Notes under the pieces: model-generated
Seen by the model: the letters and a program-made list of their open reading frames with translations, nothing else
Databases searched by the model: none
Told to the model about the DNA's origin: nothing
Source: Prasinococcaceae sp. CCMP 1430
Lineage: Eukaryota > Plantae > Prasinodermophyta
Direction of reading: 5' to 3'
DNA: 5,588 nucleotides
NCBI GenBank assembly: GCA_013416795.1
Contig: RQSC01001197.1
Location: 1-5,588 of the forward strand
Shown: one piece after another, positions 5,345 to 5,588 of the stretch
How positions within the stretch are numbered: position 1 is the first letter of the stretch
How the letters are laid out: each line of letters opens with the position of its first letter
Program-made: the position numbers and the translations under genes

Positions 5345-5588
5345 ATGAACGCGGAGGCACTGAATGACCGTGCCCCCGCCGGCGGTAAGGGGTCGGGGCT
5401 CGTCGATCTTGACACAGGGGTCTCGGCGTATGCGCGGATGGTCGCCGATTGCGTCGAAGAATTAAAAAACAAGTTGGAGGACTGCGACGAGGTCTTCTAT
5501 GACATCCTGATCATGTCCCGTCTGTTCCACCTCCACGAGGACATGGAGCACCTACGGACGGTGTTTGAACAGGTAGAGGATGCGGGGG
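5345..5588 (+). CDS. Hypothetical protein, 5' part only (runs off the right edge): MNAEALNDRAPAGGKGSGLVDLDTGVSAYARMVADCVEELKNKLEDCDEVFYDILIMSRLFHLHEDMEHLRTVFEQVEDAG...
   Basis: Manual translation: ATG at 5345 after a T-rich spacer, 81 open codons to the window end, acidic amphipathic-helix composition. Confidence 0.7.
   Translation, partial: MNAEALNDRAPAGGKGSGLVDLDTGVSAYARMVADCVEELKNKLEDCDEVFYDILIMSRLFHLHEDMEHLRTVFEQVEDAG

Overview
GC-rich, very densely coded 5.6 kb segment that looks like a large eukaryotic dsDNA virus (Nucleocytoviricota/NCLDV-like) rather than a bacterium. Genes are short and intronless, Shine-Dalgarno sites are not evident, spacers are tiny and AT-rich with palindromes at gene ends, and several proteins carry eukaryote-type motifs. 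The taxonomic call is inference. Gene order: three minus-strand genes chained by ATGA overlaps (partial ORF, membrane-anchored hypothetical, small hypothetical); a class 3 lipase-fold protein whose nucleophile Ser is replaced by Gly (probable pseudoenzyme); an intact NifS/IscS-type cysteine desulfurase; a Cys/His zinc-finger protein; a convergent coiled-coil protein with an N-myristoylation motif and a C-terminal PIP-like DIRKFFG; a divergent SprT-like HExxH metalloprotease; and a partial ORF at the right edge. No RNA genes, CRISPR arrays or mobile elements were seen.
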